The notes beneath the pieces are model-generated. The model saw nothing but the letters and a program-made list of their open reading frames with translations, was not told the origin of the DNA and did not search any database. 64,000 nucleotides of DNA from Anaerolineae bacterium (GTDB lineage Bacteria > Chloroflexota > Anaerolineae > JBHIEC01): contig JBHIEC010000001.1 in assembly GCA_046760425.1 (NCBI GenBank), forward strand, positions 325-64,324, given 5' to 3'. Shown here one piece after another: positions 18,907-28,552 of this stretch (positions are counted from its first letter, which is position 1; each line of letters begins with the position of its first letter). The translations under genes were made by a program, and so were the position numbers.

Positions 18907-20652
18907 ATGAGCAAGATCCTGCGCGTCAATATGACGGATTTGACAGCCAAGTACGAGGACGTGCCGGAGAAGTACAAGAACATGGGCGGGCGCTGGCTGA
19001 CCTCCAGCATCGTCTGCGACGAGGTGCCACCCTTGGCCCATCCCCTGGGGCCTAACAACAAGGTGGTGCTGGCCCCCGGCATCGTCACCGGCACGGCGGC
19101 CCCCACCAGCGCCCGTGTTTCGGTGGGTGGCAAGTCCCCCCTCACCGGCACCATCAAGGAGACCAACGCTGGCAGCGGCTGGCCCCAGAGCGTGGCCCGC
19201 CTGGGCATCAAGGCCATTGTGGTGGAGGGGCAGCCCCAGGAGAAGGGCAAGTTCTGGCTGCTGAAGGTTGATAAGGATGGGGCGGAGCTTCTTCCCGCCG
19301 ATGAGTGGGTAGGCAAGGGGCTCTACGAGGTCTTCCCCCAGCTCTTCGACAAGTTTGGCAAGAAGGCGAACATCATGGGCATCGGCGTGGCTGGGGAGAT
19401 GCAGATGGCTATGGCTGGGGTGTGCTTCAATGACGAGAAGGGACGCTCAGCCCGCTATGCTGGCCGTGGCGGGATGGGGGCGGTGCTGGGGAGCAAGGGG
19501 CTGAAGTTCATCGTCGTTGACAGCACTGGCGCCCCGGCCGCTATCCCCATGGCTGACAAGCAGCTCTTCGAGCAGGGCCGCAAGAAGCTGACCGAGGCTC
19601 TGCGCACCCACGACATCACCAAACCCAAGGGAGCCCTCAACACCTATGGCACGGCGGTGCTCGTCAACATCATGAACGAGGCTGGGGGCTTCCCCACCCG
19701 TAACTTCTCCAGCGGGCGCTTCGAGGGAGCAGCCAAGATCTCCGGCGAGGCTATCTTCGAGGGGAACAAGGAGCGCCTGGGGAAGGAACTCTACAACCAC
19801 GCCTGCAGCCCCGGCTGCATCATCCAGTGCTCCAATGTCTGGCACAAGCCCGACGGCAGTGAGCACGTCTCCTGCCAGGAGTACGAGTCGGTCTGGGCCC
19901 TGGGTGCCAACTGCGGCATTGACGACCTGGACGTCACCGGCGAGCTGATCTGGCTGTGCAACGACTACGGCGTGGATACCATCGAGGCCGGCGGCACCAT
20001 CGCCGTGGCCATGGAGGCGGGGCTGGCCGAGTTTGGCGACGGGGACAAGGCCATCGAGCTTATGCACGAGATCGGCAAGGGCACCCCTCTGGGCCACGTG
20101 CTGGGCAATGGGGCGGCCGTCACCGGCAAGGTCTTCGGGGTCGTCCGCGTGCCTCACGTCAAGGGGCAGAACATGCCGGCCTACGAGCCGCGGGCGGTTA
20201 AGGGCATCGGCGTGACCTACGCCACCTCCACCATGGGTGCCGACCACACCTCTGGCTACACCATCGCTCCCGAGATCCTCAGCGTGGGTGGCAAGGCCGA
20301 TCCCTTCGCCGTGGAGAAGGGGGAGCTGTCCCGCAACTTCCAGGCAGCCACGGCCTTCATTGATTCCACGGGCCACTGTCTCTTCATCGCCTTCGCCATT
20401 CTGGACATTGCCGAGGGCTTCGAGGGGATGATCGAGGAGTGCAACGGTGTCCTGGGCACCGACTGGACTGGTGATGACGTGACCAACATTGGTCTGGAGA
20501 TTCTGAAGAAGGAGCGGCAGTTCAACGAGGCGGCTGGCTTCACCAAGGCCGATGATCGGGTGCCGGAGTTCATGACCTATGAGAAGCTGCCGCCCCACAA
20601 CACTGTCTGGGACGTGCCGGAGGAGGTGCTGGACAGCGTCTACGCTTTCTAG
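18907..20652 (+). CDS. Aldehyde:ferredoxin oxidoreductase family tungsten enzyme, paralog 1
   Basis: 581 aa. N-terminal MSKILRVNMTD...GGRWLTSSIV is typical of the AOR family. Confidence 0.85.
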   Translation: MSKILRVNMTDLTAKYEDVPEKYKNMGGRWLTSSIVCDEVPPLAHPLGPNNKVVLAPGIVTGTAAPTSARVSVGGKSPLTGTIKETNAGSGWPQSVARLGIKAIVVEGQPQEKGKFWLLKVDKDGAELLPADEWVGKGLYEVFPQLFDKFGKKANIMGIGVAGEMQMAMAGVCFNDEKGRSARYAGRGGMGAVLGSKGLKFIVVDSTGAPAAIPMADKQLFEQGRKKLTEALRTHDITKPKGALNTYGTAVLVNIMNEAGGFPTRNFSSGRFEGAAKISGEAIFEGNKERLGKELYNHACSPGCIIQCSNVWHKPDGSEHVSCQEYESVWALGANCGIDDLDVTGELIWLCNDYGVDTIEAGGTIAVAMEAGLAEFGDGDKAIELMHEIGKGTPLGHVLGNGAAVTGKVFGVVRVPHVKGQNMPAYEPRAVKGIGVTYATSTMGADHTSGYTIAPEILSVGGKADPFAVEKGELSRNFQAATAFIDSTGHCLFIAFAILDIAEGFEGMIEECNGVLGTDWTGDDVTNIGLEILKKERQFNEAAGFTKADDRVPEFMTYEKLPPHNTVWDVPEEVLDSVYAF

Positions 20653-20743
20653 GGCAGCGGTGTGACAAAGAGGGGCTCGGTCATGAGATAGCCGGGCCCT
20701 CTTTGTTTGGTAGTCTCCTTGTTGGGTGTTGATGGCCACAAAG

Positions 20744-20806
20744 GGCGGCGGATAAATCACGCCGCCTGGGTAGAACACGCCCAGGCACCGTCATTCATGC
20801 GGTGCC
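20744..20806. repeat. Copy B (reverse orientation) of the three-hairpin intergenic repeat family
   Basis: Reverse complement reads GGCACCGCATGAATGACGGTGCC TGGGcgtgttctaCCCAGG CGGCGTGATTTATCCGCCGCC. Confidence 0.6.
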
Positions 20807-21244
20807 ATCATTATCAACACCTCTTCACTGGGTCACCAACACGATAGGGGGAGACTACCCTTTGTTTGCGTCACCGCAAATGCGGCAACCCTCAGGCGGC
20901 CTCTTAACCTCGATGTTCTCTTGGAGCGGCTCCCCGAAGACACATGCGCACGCCCTTGCGGAAGATGTTCAGGCTGGCGAGCGCGGGTCCCACCCCGTCG
21001 TGCATTCCCGCGCGATGCGCCGCCGCTCCTCCTCCTGGGCTGCCGTCACCTGGGCCAGTTGTTGGCGCAGGATGGCCAACCGCTCTTCGTGCAGGCGGGC
21101 GTTCTCCAGGGCCGGGGTGGCGCTGTGGGCTGCGGTTTACTTCATGGGTAACCTGAGGACCTGCCAGGCTTGACCTCGCCCTCGTCAAGCGATATAATTC
21201 CAGCACGCCAGGCGGGCGCTCATTCTCAAGGCGAGGAGGGAGGC

Positions 21245-21502
21245 ATGATCGAAGTTCGGCTCTACGGGGTGCTCCGTCACTACGCGGAGAACAAGGAGGT
21301 GACCGGCGAGTCCATCGTCTATGTGCCCCTGGAAGGACAGGACACCGTCCAGGACGTGCTCAAGCGCATCGGCATCGAGCCCCAGGAGGTGAGCAACATC
21401 TTCATCAATGGTACCTACGCGTCCACGGCACTGAAGTCAAGGGTGCAGGATGGTGACCGGCTGGGTGTCTTCCCCAGGAACATGGGGTTGCTTTATATAT
21501 AG
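21245..21502 (+). CDS. MoaD/ThiS-like beta-grasp protein lacking a C-terminal Gly-Gly
   Basis: MIEVRLYG...DGDRLGVFPRNMGLLYI. Same fold signature as MoaD but the terminal GG is replaced by GLLYI. Confidence 0.6.
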   Translation: MIEVRLYGVLRHYAENKEVTGESIVYVPLEGQDTVQDVLKRIGIEPQEVSNIFINGTYASTALKSRVQDGDRLGVFPRNMGLLYI

Positions 21503-21560
21503 CGGAACTCCAGGGATGCTTGCCTTTTGGGGGAAAAGGGGGTCACGCCCGGGGGAGGGG

Positions 21561-21836
21561 ATGGTCGAAGTTCATCTTTATGGCAAACTGCGGCGCTTCG
21601 CTGCGGATCAGGATCCCACCGGCGACTCCGTCGTCTACGTGCCGGCGGAGGAGAGGGATACCATCCAGAATGTGTTGGAGCGCATCGGTGTGCCATTGGA
21701 AGAGGTGGGTGGTAATATCTTCCTCAATGGGGAATACTCAACGCTGGCGAGGGAGGTGAAGGCCGGAGATCGTCTGGGGGTATTCCCGGACGATATGCAA
21801 CTGCTCTATAAGTGGTATTTTCGCAAGATAGGGTAG
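21561..21836 (+). CDS. MoaD/ThiS-like beta-grasp protein lacking a C-terminal Gly-Gly (paralog of 21245..21502)
   Basis: MVEVHLYGKLRRF...AGDRLGVFPDDMQLLYKWYFRKIG. Confidence 0.6.
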   Translation: MVEVHLYGKLRRFAADQDPTGDSVVYVPAEERDTIQNVLERIGVPLEEVGGNIFLNGEYSTLAREVKAGDRLGVFPDDMQLLYKWYFRKIG

Positions 21837-21888
21837 GTGTATCCCCTCACCAGCGGGGCCGTCTGTTTTCCGGCACGAAGCCCGCGAC

Positions 21889-22170
21889 TCATCCTTGACC
21901 GCCGGCCACCGGAGGAAAGATAGAGAGCTCATCGCTCTCCTGCAGGACGGTGTCGAGGCCCTCCCTGAATTTGATGCTGCGCCCCTGGACGAAGACGTTC
22001 ACCGTCCGCCGCAGGTGGCCCTCGTCGTCCAGGATGTGTCCCTCCAGGCCGGGGTGGGCGGCGATGAGCCTGTGAAGCACATCCCGCACGGTGTCCCCCG
22101 CTTCACCCTCGACCTCCACCTCCTTCATCCCCACGATCTGCCTCAGGGTAGCGTAAACCCGCACCTTCAT
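21889..22170 (-). CDS. MoaD family protein ending GG-QG
   Basis: MKVRVYATLRQIVG...SDELSIFPPVAGGQG. Classic MoaD signature (IFPPVxGG) with two extra residues after Gly-Gly. Confidence 0.65.
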   Translation of the reverse strand: MKVRVYATLRQIVGMKEVEVEGEAGDTVRDVLHRLIAAHPGLEGHILDDEGHLRRTVNVFVQGRSIKFREGLDTVLQESDELSIFPPVAGGQG

Positions 22171-22353
22171 GGCTGGTTGAGACCCCCTTCCAACGGAAGT
22201 GTGGCTTCGGCCTGAGCTCAGCCAAACGGCTTTGAGCCAGGCCAATTATACCATCACCCAGCCCAAAAGGCAACAGGGAGTGGCACCAAACTTCATCTTT
22301 CCCCCCATGTGCTATAATCCCACCGCTATGAGCAAAGGGAATGAAGGACACCA

Positions 22354-23535
22354 ATGCGCCTCACCCCTAAGACGGAACTAGACCAGCGTATTGCCAGGCT
22401 CCAGGCCCTGCTGGCTCAGGAGGGTCTCGACGGGGCCCTGCTCCTTCAGCGGGCCGACCTCTTCTACTTCAGCGGCACCATCCAGCAATCCCACCTCTTC
22501 GTGCCCAGCGACGGTACCCCCCTCCTGATGACCCGCAAGAGCTTCAGCCGGGCGCGCCGGGAATCGGCCCTGGAGGCTGTGGTGCCCCTGAGGAGCCTGC
22601 GGGACCTGCCTGGCCTCCTGGCCGGGCATGGCCACGCCGCCCGCCTGGGCATGGAGCTGGACGTGCTGCCGGCCAACCTCTATTTCCGTTACCAGCAACT
22701 TTTCCCCCAGACGGAGTTGGTGGATGTCTCGCCCCTGGTGCGGCAGGTGCGGATGATCAAGTCCCCTTATGAGATCGGCGTCATGCGTGAGGCGGCCCGG
22801 ATCGCGGACACGCTCACCCGCCACGCAGCGCATGTCATCCGGGAGGGGATGACTGAAGTGGAGCTGGCGGGGGAACTGGAGGCCGTGGCGCGGCGGGAGG
22901 GCCATCAAGGGGAGATCTGGATGCGGAATTGGAACCAGGCCGTGTTCTACGGCCACGTGCTGGCGGGCAGGAGCGGGGCGGTGGTCAGCTACCTCGACGC
23001 GCCGCTGGCGGGGATGGGCCTCAGCCCGGCCATGCCCCACGGCCCCAGCCGGCGGCGCATCCAGCGGGGCGAGCCTATCATCGTGGACTACGTAGCTGCC
23101 TGCGACGGCTACCTGGTGGATCAGATGCGGGTCTTTGCCCTGGGGTCTCTATCCGCCAGGTGGGTGGCGGCCTACGAGGCCATGCTGGCCGTCCAGGAGG
23201 CGGTCAGGGAGGCAGCGCGCCCTGGCGCCCTGTGCGCCGACCTCTACGACCTGGCCGTGGCCGAAGCCGCCCAAGGGGGCTACACCGAATCCTTCATGGG
23301 CCACGGCGAGGGGCAGGTGGCCTTCGTGGGCCATGGGGTGGGGATCGAAATTGACGAGCTGCCGGTGCTGGCCAGAGGGGTGGAGATGCCACTGCAGGTG
23401 GGGATGGTTTTCGCCCTGGAGCCCAAGGTGGCCTTCCCGGGCGAGGGGGCCATCGGGATTGAGAACACGTGGCTGGTGACGGAGGCGGGGTTAGAACCGC
23501 TGACGTTCTCCGATGAGAGAATCACCATCCTGTGA
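22354..23535 (+). CDS. M24-family metallopeptidase (Xaa-Pro aminopeptidase/creatinase-like)
   Basis: 393 aa. N-terminal creatinase-like domain followed by a pita-bread catalytic domain (HGVGIEIDE, ALEPKV). Confidence 0.8.
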   Translation: MRLTPKTELDQRIARLQALLAQEGLDGALLLQRADLFYFSGTIQQSHLFVPSDGTPLLMTRKSFSRARRESALEAVVPLRSLRDLPGLLAGHGHAARLGMELDVLPANLYFRYQQLFPQTELVDVSPLVRQVRMIKSPYEIGVMREAARIADTLTRHAAHVIREGMTEVELAGELEAVARREGHQGEIWMRNWNQAVFYGHVLAGRSGAVVSYLDAPLAGMGLSPAMPHGPSRRRIQRGEPIIVDYVAACDGYLVDQMRVFALGSLSARWVAAYEAMLAVQEAVREAARPGALCADLYDLAVAEAAQGGYTESFMGHGEGQVAFVGHGVGIEIDELPVLARGVEMPLQVGMVFALEPKVAFPGEGAIGIENTWLVTEAGLEPLTFSDERITIL

Positions 23536-23870
23536 GGTCTTGCTCTATCTGTATCAGGCCGTTGTCCCCCTGCATAGGCTGGCAGGAAGACCACTTCGTC
23601 CCCCTCCCTGAGCCCCGTCTCCAGGCCCTGCAAAGAGGCCAGTGGATGCCCGTTAACTAGGACGACGATATGGCGCTTGACCTGTCCCGTCTCGGCATCA
23701 AAGAGGGCCTCACGGAAGCCTTGGCCGTATTTGTCCGCCAGCCGATTGAGCAGGGAGCCAACCCTCTCCCTTTCTTCGATCTCCTCCTCCAGGGCAAGGC
23801 TGCCCGACCCTCTTCGCAAGCCAGTCCGCTGGGCCAGGGGAGAATAGATTCTTAGCGATACCTTGGCCAT
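23280..23870 (-). CDS. MoaD-like protein with a long extension after Gly-Gly; the MoaD core is 23565..23870
   Basis: MAKVSLRIYS...GDEVVFLPAYAGG, then QRPDTD... with no stop until 23280. The extension is antisense to the last ~255 bp of the M24 peptidase gene. Confidence 0.45.
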   Translation of the reverse strand: MAKVSLRIYSPLAQRTGLRRGSGSLALEEEIEERERVGSLLNRLADKYGQGFREALFDAETGQVKRHIVVLVNGHPLASLQGLETGLREGDEVVFLPAYAGGQRPDTDRARPHRMVILSSENVSGSNPASVTSHVFSIPMAPSPGKATLGSRAKTIPTCSGISTPLASTGSSSISIPTPWPTKATCPSPWPMKDSV

Positions 23871-23932
23871 AGTAGCTCTCGCCCTCTGGCTTTGCCCGGG
23901 GCGCCACAGCCTGTAGCGCCCCGGGCAACTTT

Positions 23933-25792
23933 CTACGGCCACAGTTCCTGGGCTACGTAGCTCAATCCCAGCTTCTCCAGGGTCTCCGGCAAGGGTTTGC
24001 TCGTCTCCTCGTCCCAGCCCATGTGCTTGTAGTAGTCGCGCACCATCTGGTCATACGAGGGGGCGATGCTCACCCCCTTGGCCGGCCCATCCACCGGCGC
24101 CTGCGCCAGGCGGGGCGAGATGATGTCCTGCTCCGGGGAGAGGCCGTGCCGGACGTTGAAGGCCCGCTGCAGGTTGACGATCCTCCTCCCGACCTCCAGC
24201 GCTTCCTCAGGGGTAAAATCCCAGCCGGTAGCCGCGCTCAGGGTGTCAGTGATGATCTGCAACCTGGCTCCTAGAAGGAACATGCACACCCCCAGCGTAT
24301 CGTTGAACTGGGATTTTGGCGCCCCCTTGCTCAGGCCCTTGGGAACACCCTCCACCGAGAAGGGGGGCAGAGGCTCAGGATAGCCGATGTCCGGGTCGGG
24401 CATCAGGTCTGGCACCAGTCCCTCGAAGGAACCCATATCGGAGACGGATTGGGCGAACAAGATACCCCACATCCCCCGGGGATCATGGGTATGGGGGCCG
24501 ATGCCCTTCTTGGTGTAGACGGCGAAGTTAGGGGCCTCTCCGCCGATCTTCTCGGCGGCCCGCATCACTCCCTCAGCCAGCACGTCGCCGAACCCTTCCC
24601 GGTGGGCGATCTTGTGCAAGAGAGCCTTCACCGCCTCAGGGTCTCCCCAGACAAGCTCCAGCCCATCAAGGTCCTCCTTGGTGATCAGGCCCTTCTCGTA
24701 GCACTCCATGGCCAGGCTGACCACCCAACCGCCCTCCTTGACGTCCATCCCCAGGCGGTCGTTGACGTTGGTGAGCATCACAGCTGCGCCAGGGTCGGTG
24801 ATGCCTACCAGGGAGCTCCAGGCCGCCATGTCCTCGTATTCCGGCTCCTCGCCTTCGAAGCCCTTGTAAGGGCCCTCGGTGACCGTCACTATGTGGCAAT
24901 GGGCCATGGGACAAGCGTAGCAGGGTCGGGGCCTCAGCTTAAAGGTCTGGCGAATGTAGTCGCCGGTGAACTTAGGGTGCTCGGGGAAGAGATTGGTGGT
25001 CAGGTTCCTGACCGGAAGCCAGCCCATCTCCGCTGCGGCGGAGAAATAGCCGAGCGTGCCAAGGGAGTAGACGACGCTGCCCAGGGGCGACTGCTTAGCA
25101 CTCTCGAACCACTCCTTGGCCAGCTCCTTCACCTTCTCTTCATCCTTGATCGGCACCTCCATTTTCCCATGCACGGCGATGGCCTTGAGCTTTTTGGAGC
25201 CCATCACCGCCCCCGGCCCATTGGTGGAAGCGATGTGTCCCTTGTCGCCGCAGATGCCGGCGAACTTGACCAGGTTCTCGCCCGAGGGCCCGATGCAGGC
25301 CACGCTCAGCTTGGGTTCCCCCAGCTCCTCTTTGAGCAGATCCTCAGTCTCGTAGGTATCCTTGCCCACCAGGTGGCTGGCGTCACATAGCTCCGCTGTG
25401 CCGTCGTGGACCCAAAGGTAGACCCACTTGGGCGAAGCGCCCTGGACAACGATGGCATCGTAACCGGCAAAGCGGAGCCGGGCGCCGAAGAAGCCGTTGG
25501 CATGGGTGGCCGTGAGGAGATTGGTCAGGGGTCCCCGCGTCACCACAGCGTAGGTACCGGAGCCCGGTGCCCGGGTGCCACCCAGAGGGCCGCTGGCGAA
25601 GATCAGGCGGTTCTCGGGATCAAAAGGCTCAACACCGGGGGGCACCTCGTCGTAGAGGATCTTGACCCCCAACCCCGTGCCGCCCACAAACTTCCTCAGG
25701 TACTCCGGGTCGAACTGCTCCTCGCTGATTTCCCCCTTGGTCAGGTCCACCCTGAGGATTCTGCCCGTATACTCATCTGCTCTAGCGACCAT
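23933..25792 (-). CDS. Aldehyde:ferredoxin oxidoreductase family tungsten enzyme, paralog 2
   Basis: 619 aa, MVARADEYTGRILRVDLTKGEI.... Confidence 0.85.
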   Translation of the reverse strand: MVARADEYTGRILRVDLTKGEISEEQFDPEYLRKFVGGTGLGVKILYDEVPPGVEPFDPENRLIFASGPLGGTRAPGSGTYAVVTRGPLTNLLTATHANGFFGARLRFAGYDAIVVQGASPKWVYLWVHDGTAELCDASHLVGKDTYETEDLLKEELGEPKLSVACIGPSGENLVKFAGICGDKGHIASTNGPGAVMGSKKLKAIAVHGKMEVPIKDEEKVKELAKEWFESAKQSPLGSVVYSLGTLGYFSAAAEMGWLPVRNLTTNLFPEHPKFTGDYIRQTFKLRPRPCYACPMAHCHIVTVTEGPYKGFEGEEPEYEDMAAWSSLVGITDPGAAVMLTNVNDRLGMDVKEGGWVVSLAMECYEKGLITKEDLDGLELVWGDPEAVKALLHKIAHREGFGDVLAEGVMRAAEKIGGEAPNFAVYTKKGIGPHTHDPRGMWGILFAQSVSDMGSFEGLVPDLMPDPDIGYPEPLPPFSVEGVPKGLSKGAPKSQFNDTLGVCMFLLGARLQIITDTLSAATGWDFTPEEALEVGRRIVNLQRAFNVRHGLSPEQDIISPRLAQAPVDGPAKGVSIAPSYDQMVRDYYKHMGWDEETSKPLPETLEKLGLSYVAQELWP

Positions 25793-25955
25793 TGTTGGTT
25801 ACCTCCTCAGTTCTAAGCTTACTTCCCAAGGTTTCCGTTGTGCTTTTTCAGGCTTGTCCTTCCATCACCTCCCTTCGCGGCCACGGCCCAAGTCTCGTTG
25901 AGCTGCCGGGCTCAAGCACAATAGGAGGGCAGTAGAGCGAGGTCGTCCCCCTCGC

Positions 25956-26369
25956 TCAAGGCAGTTTCCAGCCCCTTTGATGAAGGGGACGCCCGTTGAC
26001 CAGCACCACTACGCCGGGCCAGAACAACCGCCTCTGCGGCTCGAAGATCACCTCCCCGAAACGGCTGCCTCTTCCTGTCTGGGTGCCCCCTGCTGTGGCC
26101 GGGAGAAAGGCGACCTCGTCTCCATCCTGGAGGGGGGCCTTCAGGCCACCGACCAGGCCGGCCTCACGCCCGGCAATGAGCACCCGCACGAAGGGTTTTA
26201 CCTCCCCCTCCTCGGTCAGCAGGTGATCTTTGAAGTCTGGAGCATGGCTGTCAGCCAGCCGTTGCAGCAGGTCGGCCAGGTGGGCCCCCTCGGCCAGTTG
26301 GACCGTTTCCTCTTTAATCCCGGCCAAGCCCCTCAGGTGTCCGAAGAAGCGAGTCTTGACCGTGATCAT
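25956..26369 (-). CDS. MoaD-like protein with a 42-aa extension after Gly-Gly
   Basis: MITVKTRFFGHL...GDEVAFLPATAGG, then TQTGRGSRFGEVIFEPQRRLFWPGVVVLVNGRPLHQRGWKLP. The extension tail resembles the start of another ThiS/MoaD strand (VLVNGRPL). Confidence 0.55.
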   Translation of the reverse strand: MITVKTRFFGHLRGLAGIKEETVQLAEGAHLADLLQRLADSHAPDFKDHLLTEEGEVKPFVRVLIAGREAGLVGGLKAPLQDGDEVAFLPATAGGTQTGRGSRFGEVIFEPQRRLFWPGVVVLVNGRPLHQRGWKLP

Positions 26370-26384
26370 GTCTCCTGACCTTTC

Positions 26385-28256
26385 CTATCCCAGGGCGAAG
26401 CCCAGACCCAGCTCCTCCAGCTTCTCCCGCGTCGGGATGCCCTTCTCGTCCCAGCCCCGGGCCTGGTAGTATTGGGGCAGGAGCTCATCCTCCTCGTACA
26501 CCTGACCCGCCGAAGCGCCATCGGGCAGGGGCTCCTCCACGAAGCGCCGGGGCATCCGATCGGACTCGCCAGTGATCCCCTCCCGCACGTTGAACATACG
26601 CTCCAGGTTGTATATCCGTTCGCCCACCTTCCACATGTAGTTCAGGTCGGCGAACTCCTCGATCCCCGTGGCGGCGGCCAGCAGTTCGGCCTGGATCTCG
26701 GCCATGTTCGGGGCCATGAGGGCTGGGAAGGAGCACAAGAACCCGGTTTCCATCATGGCGGTGAAGTCCTGGTTGGCTTTGGCCAGTTCACCCTTCCCCT
26801 GAGTGGAGAAACGATCCACCCCTTCGGGCATGGGCACGGGGATGGGCATGCCGAGAACCTCTTGGGGCGCGTAGCCGTAGTTGTGGCTGCCACCGATGGT
26901 AGCGGTGCCCAGGTTCAGGCCGTGGGCCTTGGCGCCGCGAGGGTCATAGGCGGGGAGCTCCAGCCCTTTGACATGCATGGCATAGCGCTCTGCTCCTTTG
27001 CCCATCCGCTCCGCCGCCCGCTTCACCCCTTCCGCCAAGAGATCGCCGATCCCCTGGCGGAAAGCGATCAGCCGGATCAGCTCCAGGGCGGCCCCGTAGT
27101 TGCCCCAGGTGAGCTCTAACCCACCGGTATCCTCCATGGTCAGGAGTCCCTTCTCATAGAGCTCGAAGGCGAACCCGATGGCGGCGCCGGTGGAGATGGA
27201 GTCCACCCCCAGTTCGTCGCACAGGCGATCGTACTCCATGGTGTAGTCCCGATCGGCGTAATCAATGTTGCCCGTGGCCGCCCAGATGGTCTCGTACTCG
27301 GGGCCCTTGGTGCGCCAGACACCGCCGAATTTGCCCGGGCCGGAGCGGATGAAGCTGCCGCAGTGGATGGTGCAGGCATAGCACGCCGTCTTGCCCAGGC
27401 GGACCTTGGAGTACTCCTCCCCCTCGATCCTCTCCCAGTTGGTGAGCACGCCCCTCTGGAAGTTTCGGGTGGGGAACATACCCAGGAGGTTAGTGAACTC
27501 GGCGATCTGGGTGCCGGTCCAGGAGAAAGAGGGCACCATAGGCGAGGCCTCATAGGCTTCTACCTGGCGCTTGACCGCCGCCTTAAACCGTTCCGGATGG
27601 GCGATGGTCACTTTGCCTTTCCCCCTGATGGCGATGGCCTTCAGGTTCTTCGCACCCATCACCGCCCCGGCACCGCCCCGGCCGGCCACACCACCGCGTT
27701 CGGTGCCGATCTTGTCGGCCACGACGGCCGCGTAGCGCACCAGGTTTTCGCCGGCGGGGCCGATAGCGATGCCGCGAACCTTCTCGTCCCGGAGGCTCTC
27801 TTTGATGAGCAGATGGGTCAGTTCGGTGGTGTGGCCCCACAGCTTCTCGGCGTCCCCGAACTCTACACCATCTTCGGTGATGGAGATGTACACCGGCTTC
27901 TCAGACTTGCCCTCTACGATGATCATGTCATAGCCAGCGAACCTCATCTCCGAGCCGAAGAAGCCACCGCCCACGGTGCGGGTGTAGCTGTCGGTCAGGG
28001 GGGATTTAGTGATGATCATCCAGCGGGAGTAGGACTGCGCCCCCGTGGCGCTGAGAGGGCCGATGGTGATAATGAGTTTGTTGTCCGGGCCCAGGGGGTC
28101 CGTTCCCGGCTTGACCTCTTGGAACAGATACCGAGCAGCCAACCCCCGAGCCCCGACGAAGTCATGAACCCAGTCTTCCCGCAGTTCCTCCCTTTGGAAC
28201 GTCTGATCCGTTAGGTTCACCCGCAGGAGCCTGTTGGCGTAACCACCTGTTAACAT
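26385..28256 (-). CDS. Aldehyde:ferredoxin oxidoreductase family tungsten enzyme, paralog 3
   Basis: Start at MLTGGYANRLLRVNLTD, preceded by GAGGAGGAG. The ORF-track start at 28286 is ten codons upstream. Confidence 0.8.
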   Translation of the reverse strand: MLTGGYANRLLRVNLTDQTFQREELREDWVHDFVGARGLAARYLFQEVKPGTDPLGPDNKLIITIGPLSATGAQSYSRWMIITKSPLTDSYTRTVGGGFFGSEMRFAGYDMIIVEGKSEKPVYISITEDGVEFGDAEKLWGHTTELTHLLIKESLRDEKVRGIAIGPAGENLVRYAAVVADKIGTERGGVAGRGGAGAVMGAKNLKAIAIRGKGKVTIAHPERFKAAVKRQVEAYEASPMVPSFSWTGTQIAEFTNLLGMFPTRNFQRGVLTNWERIEGEEYSKVRLGKTACYACTIHCGSFIRSGPGKFGGVWRTKGPEYETIWAATGNIDYADRDYTMEYDRLCDELGVDSISTGAAIGFAFELYEKGLLTMEDTGGLELTWGNYGAALELIRLIAFRQGIGDLLAEGVKRAAERMGKGAERYAMHVKGLELPAYDPRGAKAHGLNLGTATIGGSHNYGYAPQEVLGMPIPVPMPEGVDRFSTQGKGELAKANQDFTAMMETGFLCSFPALMAPNMAEIQAELLAAATGIEEFADLNYMWKVGERIYNLERMFNVREGITGESDRMPRRFVEEPLPDGASAGQVYEEDELLPQYYQARGWDEKGIPTREKLEELGLGFALG

Positions 28257-28452
28257 TACACTCTCCTCCTCGTGTATCCATGGCACGCCCTTCGTGCCTT
28301 TTGGTGATTCAAGGACTCTGTTGTTTTTTCTACATCACCTCCTCAAACCCTGTGAGATGAGAAAGCTTTAAGGGGAGCTGGGCACCCCCCGCCACAGTGA
28401 CGATACTATAGGAGACACTTTTATATAGTCTAGCATGCTTTTATCATCCTGT

Positions 28453-28491
28453 CAAAACGATTTTATACGATTTTACACGATTTAGGCGATT
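28453..28491. promoter_or_regulatory. Tandem ACGATTTTA-like repeats in the AOR3/regulator divergent intergenic region (candidate operator)
   Basis: CAAAACGATTTTATACGATTTTACACGATTTAGGCGATT. Confidence 0.4.
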
Positions 28492-28552
28492 GTCTCTTGA
28501 CAAAGTCTTCTTCTTGGGATAAAATTAGGTATCTCAACCAGGAGGAGAGGCG

